Positions 46,923 to 55,565 are shown, counted from the first letter of the stretch. The stretch is 64,000 bases of DNA from a bacterium (GCA_021810905.1 JAJZQH010000014.1:12369-76368); one strand, 5' to 3'. The notes: generated by a model from the letters alone, not told the origin. Numbers and translations: made by a program.

Positions 46923-46942
46923 ATATCGTCATATGACGATAT
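46923..46942. promoter_or_regulatory. 20-bp perfect palindrome, candidate ArsR operator
   Basis: ATATCGTCAT then ATGACGATAT, 30 nt upstream of the arsR ATG. A TTGACG hexamer lies at 46891-46896. Confidence 0.5.
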
Positions 46943-46971
46943 AACGATAAATGATTTTGGCGTGAGGACGT

Positions 46972-47349
46972 ATGGACGAACTCCAGCGTATGTTCAGGGC
47001 GCTTGCCGATTCGACAAGACTGCGGATAGTCAGGATGCTCGTGATTAAGCCTCTTTGCGTCTGCGAGGTTATGTCCGTGCTTCGCATGGCGCAATCCACT
47101 ACGTCGAAGCACCTGCGTATTCTTCATGATTCGGGGCTCGTCGAAGAGACGCCCGGCGGCACCTGGACAATCTATCGTCTCGTGAAACCGGAGCTCGGAT
47201 CGGCGGCGGAGTATCTTCTTGATCTCATCAAGAAGGCAGAGGTGACGGAGCAATCGAAACGGGACGAGGAACAGGCGAGAGGGGCGGACCGCGAACGAAT
47301 CTGCCGGTTGCGCGCAAAGAAGACAATCAAACGGCAACGGCGGAGGTGA
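46972..47349 (+). CDS. arsR: ArsR/SmtB family metalloregulator
   Basis: ALADSTRLRIVRMLV..PLCVCEVMSVL carries the CVC As(III)-binding motif in helix 3. HTH region TTSKHLRILHDSGLV. Confidence 0.9.
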   Translation: MDELQRMFRALADSTRLRIVRMLVIKPLCVCEVMSVLRMAQSTTSKHLRILHDSGLVEETPGGTWTIYRLVKPELGSAAEYLLDLIKKAEVTEQSKRDEEQARGADRERICRLRAKKTIKRQRRR

Positions 47350-47352
47350 GCT

Positions 47353-48423
47353 ATGGCCGAGAGCGGCGTCAAAAAACGTCTCAATGTATTCGAACGTTAC
47401 CTCACGCTTTGGGTGGCGGCTTGCATGGTGATTGGTGTGGCGATCGGCCGATATTTGCCGGTGGCTACCGATGCGCTGCGGAGATTCGAATTCGGGACGC
47501 AGAGTCACATCAACGTCGTTATCGCTGTCCTCATCTGGCTCATGATTTATCCCATGATGCTCAAGGTCGACTTCGGGTCGATCCTGAACGTCGGGCGTCA
47601 GCCGAGGGGGCTTGCCATCACGCTCTTCGTCAACTGGCTCGTCAAACCCTTCAGCATGGCCTTCTTCGGCTGGCTCTTCTTCCGACATGTCTTCACGCCG
47701 TGGATCGGCCCCGAGATGGCCGACCAGTATATAGCCGGCGTCATCATTCTCGCTGCGGCGCCTTGCACCGCCATGGTATTTGTCTGGAGCTATCTCACCG
47801 ACGGCGACCCGGCTTACACGCTCGTGCAGGTGACGATCAACGATCTTATCATGCTCGTCCTTTTCGCTCCGATCGTGAAGTTCCTCGTCACCGGCGCTTC
47901 GACGCTCGAGGTCCCGTTTGTCGTGCTTGTCTGGGCCGTGGTCTTGTTCATCGTAATTCCACTGACGGCGGGAACCGTCACGCGCGCAATCCTCCTCAAA
48001 GCGAAGAACGCAATTTGGTTCGAGGAGAAGTTCCTCCCGGTCCTCCATCCTGTTTCGATCCTGGCCTTGCTTCTTACGCTCGTCATCATCTTCGCCTTCC
48101 AGTCGGACAACATCACGCAGCGATTCTTTCACGTCATCCTGATCGCGGTCCCGATCCTCATCCAAGTCTACTTCAACTCAACCCTTGTCTATACGCTCAT
48201 GCAGAAGTTCCGTGTCCGATTCTCCATTGCGGCGCCGGGCGCGCTCATCGGGGCATCGAACTTCTTTGAGCTGGCGGTAGCCACAGCCATCGCGCTCTAT
48301 GGCCCGGGTTCTGGTGCTGCGCTGGCTACGGTGGTCGGCGTGCTCGTTGAAGTGCCGGTGATGCTCTCAGTCGTCGGGATCTGCAACCGTACGCGCGGCT
48401 GGTTCGCAAACGCCACACGCTAG
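47353..48423 (+). CDS. acr3: arsenite efflux transporter, ACR3 family
   Basis: MAESGVKKRLNVFERYLTLWV..IYPMMLKV. About ten predicted transmembrane segments. ACR3 family length and pattern. Confidence 0.88.
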   Translation: MAESGVKKRLNVFERYLTLWVAACMVIGVAIGRYLPVATDALRRFEFGTQSHINVVIAVLIWLMIYPMMLKVDFGSILNVGRQPRGLAITLFVNWLVKPFSMAFFGWLFFRHVFTPWIGPEMADQYIAGVIILAAAPCTAMVFVWSYLTDGDPAYTLVQVTINDLIMLVLFAPIVKFLVTGASTLEVPFVVLVWAVVLFIVIPLTAGTVTRAILLKAKNAIWFEEKFLPVLHPVSILALLLTLVIIFAFQSDNITQRFFHVILIAVPILIQVYFNSTLVYTLMQKFRVRFSIAAPGALIGASNFFELAVATAIALYGPGSGAALATVVGVLVEVPVMLSVVGICNRTRGWFANATR

Positions 48424-48437
48424 AAAAGGAGGAATTC

Positions 48438-49319
48438 ATGTTTCGAACGATCCTGATTGCGACCGATCTCTCCGCGGCATCGGAGGAGCTGTGCAAGTGC
48501 GTCGTGTCCCTCAAGAAGATCGGCCCGCGCGAGGTCTGGCTTGCACATGTCTGCAATGTTCGACAGGTAGGAGGGCTGGCGACCTCACTCAAGGAGGAGC
48601 ACCTCGGGGAGCTTGAACGTCAGGTGGGTATCCTCAAACGACATGGTCTCAACGCCAGGGGCGTGATCCGCCAGGGGATTCCTTTCATCGAGATCAATCG
48701 CGAGGCGACGCGGAGGAAGGCGCGCCTTATCGTCGTAGGAAGCCACGGCGAAGGACTTCTCAAGGAGATGCTGATCGGTTCTACTGCCTTCGAAATCATT
48801 CGACAGGGGACGCACCCGGTGCTCGTCTTCCGTCACGAAGTCATCGAACGCGAAGGAAATCGGCGCTGCCTGATGCGTTGCCACGATCCATTCAGGCACA
48901 TCCTCTTCGCTACGGACTTCTCGAAGAACGCGGCGCACGCCCAACTCTTTGTCGACCACATCTGCCGCGAGGCGAGGCCTCGCGTGACACTCGTTCACGT
49001 TCAGGAGAAATCACGGATCGAGCATCACCTAAAGGAACGCCTTGCAGAATTCAATCGCATCGATACCGCGCGTCTCGAGACGATCGCGAATGGCCTTCGG
49101 AAACGGGGGGCGCGGAAGGTCGACATCGCCATTCCCTACGGCCATGCCGTGAAAGAGCTCTTGAAGCTGGAACGGAAGGCGAAACCCACGCTGATTGTGC
49201 TTGGTTCGCAAGGTCGCAGCTGGACAAACGAGCTTTTCCTAGGGAGCGTCGCCCACAACGTCGTCCGGCACGCCAAAACGCCGGTTCTCGTTGTGCCATG
49301 GCGTCCCGCGTTTGCATAA
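48438..49319 (+). CDS. tandem universal stress protein (two UspA domains)
   Basis: Two repeats of the Usp pattern (ILIATDLS ... VVGSHGEG and ILFATDFS ... VLGSQGRS). Confidence 0.8.
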   Translation: MFRTILIATDLSAASEELCKCVVSLKKIGPREVWLAHVCNVRQVGGLATSLKEEHLGELERQVGILKRHGLNARGVIRQGIPFIEINREATRRKARLIVVGSHGEGLLKEMLIGSTAFEIIRQGTHPVLVFRHEVIEREGNRRCLMRCHDPFRHILFATDFSKNAAHAQLFVDHICREARPRVTLVHVQEKSRIEHHLKERLAEFNRIDTARLETIANGLRKRGARKVDIAIPYGHAVKELLKLERKAKPTLIVLGSQGRSWTNELFLGSVAHNVVRHAKTPVLVVPWRPAFA

Positions 49320-49356
49320 CCTTTTCCCGGAAAAAAAGCCTTTGGAGAGGCTGATC

Positions 49357-49695
49357 ATGAATATCGAAATATATGATCCGGCAATGTGTTGTTCGACGGG
49401 GCTCTGCGGGCCGGCGATCGATCCGGTGCTCGTCAGAATGAACGATGCCTTGCTGGCATTGAAAAAACAGGGAGTCGAAATCGAACGGTTCAATCTTGCC
49501 CAGCAGACACAAGCGTTCATGATGAACAAAACGGTCGCCGGCCTACTCCATAAGAACGGAAAAAAGATACTGCCTGTCATTTTTGTCAATGGAGAGGTGT
49601 TCATGACGGGTCGATATCCGTCCTATGAGGAGTTGTGCGAGGTGCTGGGCATTGAACCATTAAAGCAACAACCAATAACGCTGACAGCTCGCTGA
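49357..49695 (+). CDS. arsD: arsenical resistance metallochaperone and repressor ArsD
   Basis: MNIEIYDPAMCCSTGLCGP carries the Cys12-Cys13-Cys18 As(III) site. GGAGAGG ribosome-binding site. Confidence 0.88.
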   Translation: MNIEIYDPAMCCSTGLCGPAIDPVLVRMNDALLALKKQGVEIERFNLAQQTQAFMMNKTVAGLLHKNGKKILPVIFVNGEVFMTGRYPSYEELCEVLGIEPLKQQPITLTAR

Positions 49696-49712
49696 TAACA
49701 TGAGGAGGATGA

Positions 49713-50006
49713 ATGCTTACGGTGACTGATAATGCGGTAGAGCGATTCAAAAAAATGCTTCAGGAAAATAGCGGTGAAAATTGCGGGATAAGGATATTCG
49801 CAGCCGGCGGCGGTTGTTGTGGCCCCTCCATGGCGATGGATATGGCGGAAAAAGCCGAAAGTGGAGATGAAACCATTGATGTAAGTGGGCTTAAGATCTT
49901 CCTTGATATAGAGGCGGGCAAATTACTCGGCGGCGCGACAATAGATTACTCTGATCAGCAGGGTTTCATCATAACGGGAATGCCGCGCGCGTCATGCTGC
50001 GGTTGA
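49713..50006 (+). CDS. HesB/IscA-like protein with C-terminal CC motif
   Basis: MLTVTDNAVERFKKMLQEN..IRIFAAGGGCCGPS..IDYSDQQGFII matches the IscA/HesB fold pattern. C-terminal SCCG. Located between arsD and arsA. Confidence 0.6.
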   Translation: MLTVTDNAVERFKKMLQENSGENCGIRIFAAGGGCCGPSMAMDMAEKAESGDETIDVSGLKIFLDIEAGKLLGGATIDYSDQQGFIITGMPRASCCG

Positions 50007-50015
50007 AATTCGGAG

Positions 50016-51818
50016 ATGACGCAGATGACGAAATATCTTTTTTTCTCGGGCAAGGGAGGCGTCGGCAAGACCACGATGGCGTCCTCAACCGCCATTCATC
50101 ATGCGGAGGCAGGAAAACGGACCCTGATCGTGACGACCGACCCTGCCTCCAACCTGGCCGATGTCTTCGAGCAGGAGATAGGGCACGCAATAACGCCCAT
50201 CCGGGACGTGAAGGGTCTCTTTGCCATGGAGATCGACCCCGATGAAGCGACGAGGGAATACAAGGAACGGATCATCGGTCCGTTCAGGGAGGTTATGCCG
50301 GAAGACGTCATCGCGTCCCTCGAGGAAAACTTAAGCGGCCCGTGCACTACGGAGATGGCCTCCTTTGACCGCTTCATCGACTTCATGGAGGACGATGCCT
50401 ACGACGTCATCGTGTTTGATACCGCCCCAACGGGCCACACGATAAGGCTCCTTGAGCTGCCGGTTGACTGGTCCAGGCATATTGAGGAATCCGCAAAGGG
50501 GAGCGGGCAGACATGCCTCGGCCCGGTTCAGTCCATCCAGGAATCGAAGGCAAAATACGACAGGGCGACTGCCCTCCTCACCGCTCCCGACAAAACGAGC
50601 TTTGTCTTTGTCATGAGGCCTGAGGAGCTGTCGCTCTACGAAACCCTCAGGGCATCCCGCGAGCTCGAGACCATCGGTGTAAAATCGGGAGAACTCATCA
50701 TCAACGGCATTCTGCCGGAAGAGGTCTGCGAGATCGCCTTCTTCAGAAAAAAATACGAGGCGCAGCAGCGGGTCATCAAAGAGGCGGAGTCGGCAATACC
50801 AAAACCAACGCGCTTCATGCTCCTTCGGGACAATGAGGTCAAAGGCATAGAGGCGTTACGTGCTATGGCAGAGGAGCTCTACAATGGCACGAGATCTGCC
50901 CCCAGCGTCGAGGGCATGACGTTCCAGGCCGATATCGCCGTGGAGAAGCCGGACGTCGATCGCCTCCTCCTTCCTGCCGGCGAGACGAAGGCGATATTCT
51001 TCACTGGGAAGGGCGGCGTGGGCAAAACGACTGTGTCCTGTATCGCGGCTGTTCATATCGCGCAGAGGGGTTTTAAGACGCTCCTCGTTACGACGGACCC
51101 GGCGGCGCACATCGGGGAGGTGCTCGGCGTGAAGGTCCAGAGCACGCCGACTCTGGTTACGTATAATCTGTACGCCGTCATGGTCGACCAGGAAGAGGCT
51201 TTCAATATCTATAGGGACAGGGTCTTGAGCGAATCCAGAGGCAAATATTCCGAGGACATGATTGCCGCCATGGAGGAAGAGCTGAATTCGCCGTGTACTC
51301 AGGAGATGGCGGCCTTTGACACCTTCATCCAGTTCATCGAAAGCAAGGAGTACGACGCCATCGTCTTTGACACGGCGCCGACGGGTCACACCTTGAGATT
51401 GCTCTCCCTGCCGTTTGATTATGCAAAGCAGATGGAGATGATGGTATCGACGGAAGAGGCTTCGCACGCCGGCAATGTGACGGGCAACAGGTTTCGTGAT
51501 ATCATCGACGTACTGAAAAACAAGAACAAGGCATGTTTCGCTTTCGTCCTTTATCCCGAGTCCACGCCGATTCTCGAATCTTACAGGGCGATGCTGGACC
51601 TCAGGGATGCCGGAATCGAGACGCAGGTTGTTGTCTCCAATATGATGTTGCCGAAAGAGGTCTGTACCAACCATTTCTTTGAGAACAGAAGAAGGATGCA
51701 ACTGAAATATCTGTTGGAAATCGAGGAGAAATTCAATCTGCCGGTCCTGCAGCTACCGCTCTTCCAGGATGAAGTAAAGGGCCTCGGACCGCTGAAAATG
51801 GCGGCGGGAAATTTGTAA
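50016..51818 (+). CDS. arsA: arsenite-stimulated ATPase ArsA
   Basis: Two homologous halves, each with a P-loop GKGGVGKTT, DTAPTGHT signal-transduction motif and metalloid-site Cys (GPCTTEMA and SPCTQEMA). Confidence 0.92.
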   Translation: MTQMTKYLFFSGKGGVGKTTMASSTAIHHAEAGKRTLIVTTDPASNLADVFEQEIGHAITPIRDVKGLFAMEIDPDEATREYKERIIGPFREVMPEDVIASLEENLSGPCTTEMASFDRFIDFMEDDAYDVIVFDTAPTGHTIRLLELPVDWSRHIEESAKGSGQTCLGPVQSIQESKAKYDRATALLTAPDKTSFVFVMRPEELSLYETLRASRELETIGVKSGELIINGILPEEVCEIAFFRKKYEAQQRVIKEAESAIPKPTRFMLLRDNEVKGIEALRAMAEELYNGTRSAPSVEGMTFQADIAVEKPDVDRLLLPAGETKAIFFTGKGGVGKTTVSCIAAVHIAQRGFKTLLVTTDPAAHIGEVLGVKVQSTPTLVTYNLYAVMVDQEEAFNIYRDRVLSESRGKYSEDMIAAMEEELNSPCTQEMAAFDTFIQFIESKEYDAIVFDTAPTGHTLRLLSLPFDYAKQMEMMVSTEEASHAGNVTGNRFRDIIDVLKNKNKACFAFVLYPESTPILESYRAMLDLRDAGIETQVVVSNMMLPKEVCTNHFFENRRRMQLKYLLEIEEKFNLPVLQLPLFQDEVKGLGPLKMAAGNL

Positions 51819-51828
51819 ACGGGTAACT

Positions 51829-52377
51829 ATGCACATTCTCGAAACTGCTAATATGTCGCTGGAGATGGAGGAACGGGTGATTTTAAACGACCTCAGCTTG
51901 TCGGTCGAGGCCGGAACGATCCACTCCATTCTCGGGCCGAACGCCGCGGGGAAGTCAAGCCTGGCCTACGCTCTCATAGGTTGTTGCGACTATTTTCCGC
52001 AAAAAGGTTCCATTCAATTTCTTGGTGAAGATGTTACCGATGCCCCCGTGAGCAAGAGGGCGCGAATGGGCATGACGCTCGCATGGCAGGAGCCCGCCCG
52101 TTTCGAGGGGCTCACGGTAGAAGATTATATTGCCGTCGGTATGCGAGAGAAGAACGACGATGCCATTAACGAAGCACTTCGCCACGTTCTATTGAATCCG
52201 GATGACTATCGACACAGAGCGGTCGATAAAACCTTGAGTGGCGGGGAGAGAAAACGAATTGAGCTCGCCGCCATCTTCCGTACCAGAATGCCGGTGGGGT
52301 ACCCGCGGTTTTTAAACGCTCCGATATCGCCCATCTCATCGTCCATAGGAACAAGGTCATCGGCAGCACGACGGTGA
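51829..52377 (+). CDS. SufC-like ABC ATPase, apparently truncated or frameshifted after the LSGGE signature (possible pseudogene)
   Basis: Walker A GPNAAGKSS, Q-loop and signature LSGGERKR are present. No Walker B, D-loop or H-loop. An H-loop-like piece (DIAHLIVHRNKV) sits in the reading frame of the next gene upstream of its GTG. Confidence 0.55.
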   Translation: MHILETANMSLEMEERVILNDLSLSVEAGTIHSILGPNAAGKSSLAYALIGCCDYFPQKGSIQFLGEDVTDAPVSKRARMGMTLAWQEPARFEGLTVEDYIAVGMREKNDDAINEALRHVLLNPDDYRHRAVDKTLSGGERKRIELAAIFRTRMPVGYPRFLNAPISPISSSIGTRSSAARR

Positions 52378-53186
52378 AGGGATTGATACTCGAGCCGAAA
52401 GAATCCGCTGCGGGGGTTGATATACGACTGACAGTACAGCGAGGGGTAAAAATTGAAAATCTTGTGCATCTCTGTTTTGGCGTCCTTCCAAAGGAAGGCG
52501 TTCAGGAAATTAACATCAATGCGCTGATTGAGGATGACGCCGGAGTTAAGCTTCTTGCCCATTGCGTCTTTCCCAATGCCGTTAAGGTGGTCCATAAAAT
52601 GTTGGCCGATATTACGATCGGCAACAACGCTTATTATGAATATAATGAGGTGCATCATCACGGCGAAGGCGGCGGCATCGAAGTTGTTCCAAAGGCGAAA
52701 ATCAGGGTTGGTAATAACAGCAGTCTGACGACGACATTTTCCCTACTCAAGGGCAGGGTGGGTGTATTCAATCTGGACTACGAAACGGAGGTCTTGGACC
52801 ATTCTTCACTTGATATGACGGCAAAGATCTACGGTTACGGTGACGACCAGATACTAATCAGAGAGGCTGGGCGCGTTATCGGCGAATCCTCTCGAGGCCT
52901 CCTCAAAAGCCGCGTTGCCCTGAAAGAGAATGCTATGTGCGAGATTGTCAACGAACTTACCGCCTCCGCCAGCGGCGCCAGGGGCCACGTTGACTGCGTG
53001 GAGATCATCCAGGGCAGCGCTACGGCAAAGGCCGTTCCTATCGTCCATGTGACGAACGAATTCGCGCAAGTCACCCACGAGGCAGCCATAGGCAGGGTGG
53101 ACAAAAAACAGGTTGAAACCCTGATGGCGCGGGGACTTGATGAAGAAAAGGCCATTGACGTCGTGGTTGGCGGATTTCTCAAGTAA
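52374..53186 (+). CDS. SufB/SufD-family beta-helix protein
   Basis: C-terminal SufBD signature GHVDCVEIIQG...HEAAIGRVDKKQVETLMARGLDEEKA..VVGGF. GTG start overlaps the SufC-like end. Confidence 0.7.
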   Translation: MKGLILEPKESAAGVDIRLTVQRGVKIENLVHLCFGVLPKEGVQEININALIEDDAGVKLLAHCVFPNAVKVVHKMLADITIGNNAYYEYNEVHHHGEGGGIEVVPKAKIRVGNNSSLTTTFSLLKGRVGVFNLDYETEVLDHSSLDMTAKIYGYGDDQILIREAGRVIGESSRGLLKSRVALKENAMCEIVNELTASASGARGHVDCVEIIQGSATAKAVPIVHVTNEFAQVTHEAAIGRVDKKQVETLMARGLDEEKAIDVVVGGFLK

Positions 53187-53206
53187 TTTCAAAACAGGGG
53201 GATAAT

Positions 53207-53575
53207 ATGAAAATAGCAATTCTCATGTGCGCATGCAGCGGGGTGTGTCCCAGTATGGCGAAGATCAATTTCTTCGATCTCATGGAAAGGTTGAGGCTCG
53301 AAGTGCCGCACGATTTCATGGTTTTGCACCCGCGCCTGTGCGAGGAAAACGGCGAGGCCCTTATGCGGGACCTGCTCAAGCCTGATACGGTCTACGTCAC
53401 GCCAGCCTGTAACGAAAAACATCAGATGAAGCTCCTTGCGGCCGGCTTTTCGAAGGCCGGCGTGCCCATGGATGATAAGCACTGGATTCCGGTGACGCTC
53501 GCGCAGAAGGACACCGACCAGGCGTTTGCGGATATCAAGGCCGCCGTTGAAAAGGCGAAGGGGATCGCGTCATGA
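53207..53575 (+). CDS. Cys-rich protein, tentatively MvhD/FlpD-like
   Basis: KIAILMCACSGVC ... FMVLHPRLCEENGEALMRDLLKPDTVYVTPAC follows the spacing of the FlpD pattern KIavFlCnwC ... VriirvpCsG...GADgVlv.gC. Weak, motif-level call only. Confidence 0.4.
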   Translation: MKIAILMCACSGVCPSMAKINFFDLMERLRLEVPHDFMVLHPRLCEENGEALMRDLLKPDTVYVTPACNEKHQMKLLAAGFSKAGVPMDDKHWIPVTLAQKDTDQAFADIKAAVEKAKGIAS

Positions 53576-53850
53576 AGAAGACCTACCTAGGCGTCCCGCG
53601 CGAAGAGATTCCGTGGTATCCCCATATCAACGCCGATCTGTGCACGTTGTGCGGTGCGTGCAAGGAGTTCTGCCCGAACGATGTGTTCGAGGCTGGCGTC
53701 GAGTGCATGCTCGTCAAGAATCCGATGAACTGCGTCGTCGCTTGCGACAAGTGCGCGGCTGAGTGCCCGATTGCGGCGATCTCATTCCCCGACAAGGCCC
53801 AGCTGCTCAAGTGGGTCGAGGAAGCCAAGAGCAAGAAAGGAACGACATGA
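53572..53850 (+). CDS. 2x[4Fe-4S] ferredoxin
   Basis: Two cluster motifs: CTLCGACKEFCP and CVVACDKCAAECP. Confidence 0.8.
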   Translation: MKKTYLGVPREEIPWYPHINADLCTLCGACKEFCPNDVFEAGVECMLVKNPMNCVVACDKCAAECPIAAISFPDKAQLLKWVEEAKSKKGTT

Positions 53851-54335
53851 AAGCGCGCAAAGCCATCAGAAACGCTTTGCGCATCGTCCTTTTGCTCATC
53901 GTCGCGGGGAGCGTCGGATATCTCTTCGCGAAGGATTACGTGTGGAACGGCGGCGAAATGCCTGCCCCTGTAGCCGCTCCTTCGGCCACGCCCGACCACG
54001 TCGTCGCTTACTATTTCCACAGCAATTTCCGCTGCGTGTCCTGCCGAGAGATCGAGGAATATTCCCGCGCGGCGATCGAGGAGGGCTTCCAGCTGGAGTT
54101 GAAAGACGGCCGCCTCTCGTTCGAGGTCGTCAATGTTGAGGAGCCGCAGAATCGCCATTTCATCCGTGACTACTCCCTTGTCACGAAGTCGTTGGTGCTA
54201 GTGCTCAAGGACGGCGACCGACAGGTGCGCTTCAAGAACCTCGATTTCGTCTGGCAGCTCCTTGGTTCTCCCGACCAATTCAAAATATATGTCCAGAATG
54301 AGGTCCGCGGATTTCTCGGTGAGGTGCGACGATGA
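53847..54335 (+). CDS. membrane-anchored thioredoxin-like CxxC protein (possible ArsF-like nitro-arsenical reductase subunit)
   Basis: Start set at MKARKAIRNALRIVLLLIVAGSVGYLF, an N-terminal transmembrane anchor. Thioredoxin-like YYFHSNFRCVSCREIE. Confidence 0.55.
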   Translation: MKARKAIRNALRIVLLLIVAGSVGYLFAKDYVWNGGEMPAPVAAPSATPDHVVAYYFHSNFRCVSCREIEEYSRAAIEEGFQLELKDGRLSFEVVNVEEPQNRHFIRDYSLVTKSLVLVLKDGDRQVRFKNLDFVWQLLGSPDQFKIYVQNEVRGFLGEVRR

Positions 54336-55015
54336 CGTTCCTCGGACTCCTCTCGGCCCTGTGGCTGGGACTCTTGACCTCCGTTTCTCCGTGTCCTCTT
54401 GCGACGAATGTCGCCGCTGTTTCCTTCGTCTCGCGACGTTTTTCAAATCATACAGCCGTGCTTTCGGCGGGGGTGCTCTACACGCTGGGGCGCGTTTTTA
54501 CCTACACGTTGCTCGGCGCATTCCTCGTCACAGGTCTCATCAATGCATCCCGCATCTCCTTCTTCCTGCAATTCTCTATTGGGAAATTCCTTGGCCCTGC
54601 GATGATCCTCGTAGGCATGGTTGTCTTGGATCTCATTAGAATTCCCCTCCCGAAGGGGAGGTGGCTCTCTCGCATGGAGGAACGCGCCGGACGATGGGGA
54701 CAACCCGGTTCGGTTGTCCTGGGCATCCTCTTCGCGATTATGTTTTGTCCCGTCTCGGCTGCGCTTTTCTTCGGTGGGTTGATTCCGCTTGCGGTAGAAC
54801 AGAAGTCGTCATTTCTCCTGCCAACGCTGTACGGGATCGGGACCGGTCTTCCGGTGGCACTCTTTGCCGTTTTCTTTGCAGTCGGTTTGAAGCGGGTGGG
54901 CAGGATCGTCCATCGCATGGCGAGCGTGGAAATATGGGCGCGTCGCGCGACAGGCGTCATCTTCATTCTTATCGGGCTGTACGAAACATATCTCGCTTTG
55001 CGAGGCGCTGCATGA
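54332..55015 (+). CDS. ccdA: CcdA/DsbD-family transmembrane thiol-disulfide electron transporter
   Basis: Conserved transmembrane Cys in LTSVSPCPLATN and a second in FCPVSAALFFGG. Six predicted transmembrane segments. Confidence 0.7.
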   Translation: MTFLGLLSALWLGLLTSVSPCPLATNVAAVSFVSRRFSNHTAVLSAGVLYTLGRVFTYTLLGAFLVTGLINASRISFFLQFSIGKFLGPAMILVGMVVLDLIRIPLPKGRWLSRMEERAGRWGQPGSVVLGILFAIMFCPVSAALFFGGLIPLAVEQKSSFLLPTLYGIGTGLPVALFAVFFAVGLKRVGRIVHRMASVEIWARRATGVIFILIGLYETYLALRGAA

Positions 55016-55032
55016 TCTGAAAGGAGCTGTTC

Positions 55033-55326
55033 ATGGAAATCAAAGTTCTCGGACCCGGATGCTCCAATTGTCAAACGCTGATCGAGCGCGTCGGAAAGGC
55101 CGTTCAAAAGGCGGGCGTCGAGGCGACGATCACCAAGGTGACGGATTACGACGAGATGCTCTCTTACGGCATCATGAGCACGCCTGGGCTCGTCATCGAT
55201 GGGAAGCTCATAATGAGCGGCAGGGTGCCGTCCGTTGACGAAATTACAAAATTGATCGCAGACACAAATGTGGCGGTGGCATCGGTGAGCGCTGGAGGCA
55301 AATGCAGCTGCGGCAGTTGCTGCTGA
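55033..55326 (+). CDS. small thioredoxin-family protein (redox-active disulfide protein 2 type) with Cys-rich tail
   Basis: MEIKVLGPGCSNCQTL matches the TM0983/MTH895-like CxxC thioredoxin pattern. C-terminal GGKCSCGSCC. Confidence 0.7.
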   Translation: MEIKVLGPGCSNCQTLIERVGKAVQKAGVEATITKVTDYDEMLSYGIMSTPGLVIDGKLIMSGRVPSVDEITKLIADTNVAVASVSAGGKCSCGSCC

Positions 55327-55337
55327 GAGGAGGAAAT

Positions 55338-55565
55338 ATGTCAGGAAGTTTACCGGATAATACTCGCGAACTGGTTGCAATGGCGGCTTCGGTTGCCTGC
55401 GGCTGTGAGCCCTGCCTCAAATACCATTACGACGCTGCTAAAAAAGCCGGTTGCAGCGTGAAAGAAATGACCGATGCGGTCGGTATCGCCATGATGGTCA
55501 AACAGGCACCGCTCAAAGCCATGGAAGAGCTCACACAACGATTAGGTATACGGAAGGGGGCATGA
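55338..55565 (+). CDS. AhpD-like (carboxymuconolactone decarboxylase family) protein
   Basis: VACGCEPCLKYH matches the AhpD-core CxxC motif. Strong GGAGGAAAT ribosome-binding site before ATG 55338. Confidence 0.65.
   Translation: MSGSLPDNTRELVAMAASVACGCEPCLKYHYDAAKKAGCSVKEMTDAVGIAMMVKQAPLKAMEELTQRLGIRKGA

Noticed and set aside
46921-48165. 414-aa minus-strand ORF spanning arsR and ACR3
   Set aside because: Antisense to two well-supported genes. Highly charged, low-complexity translation.
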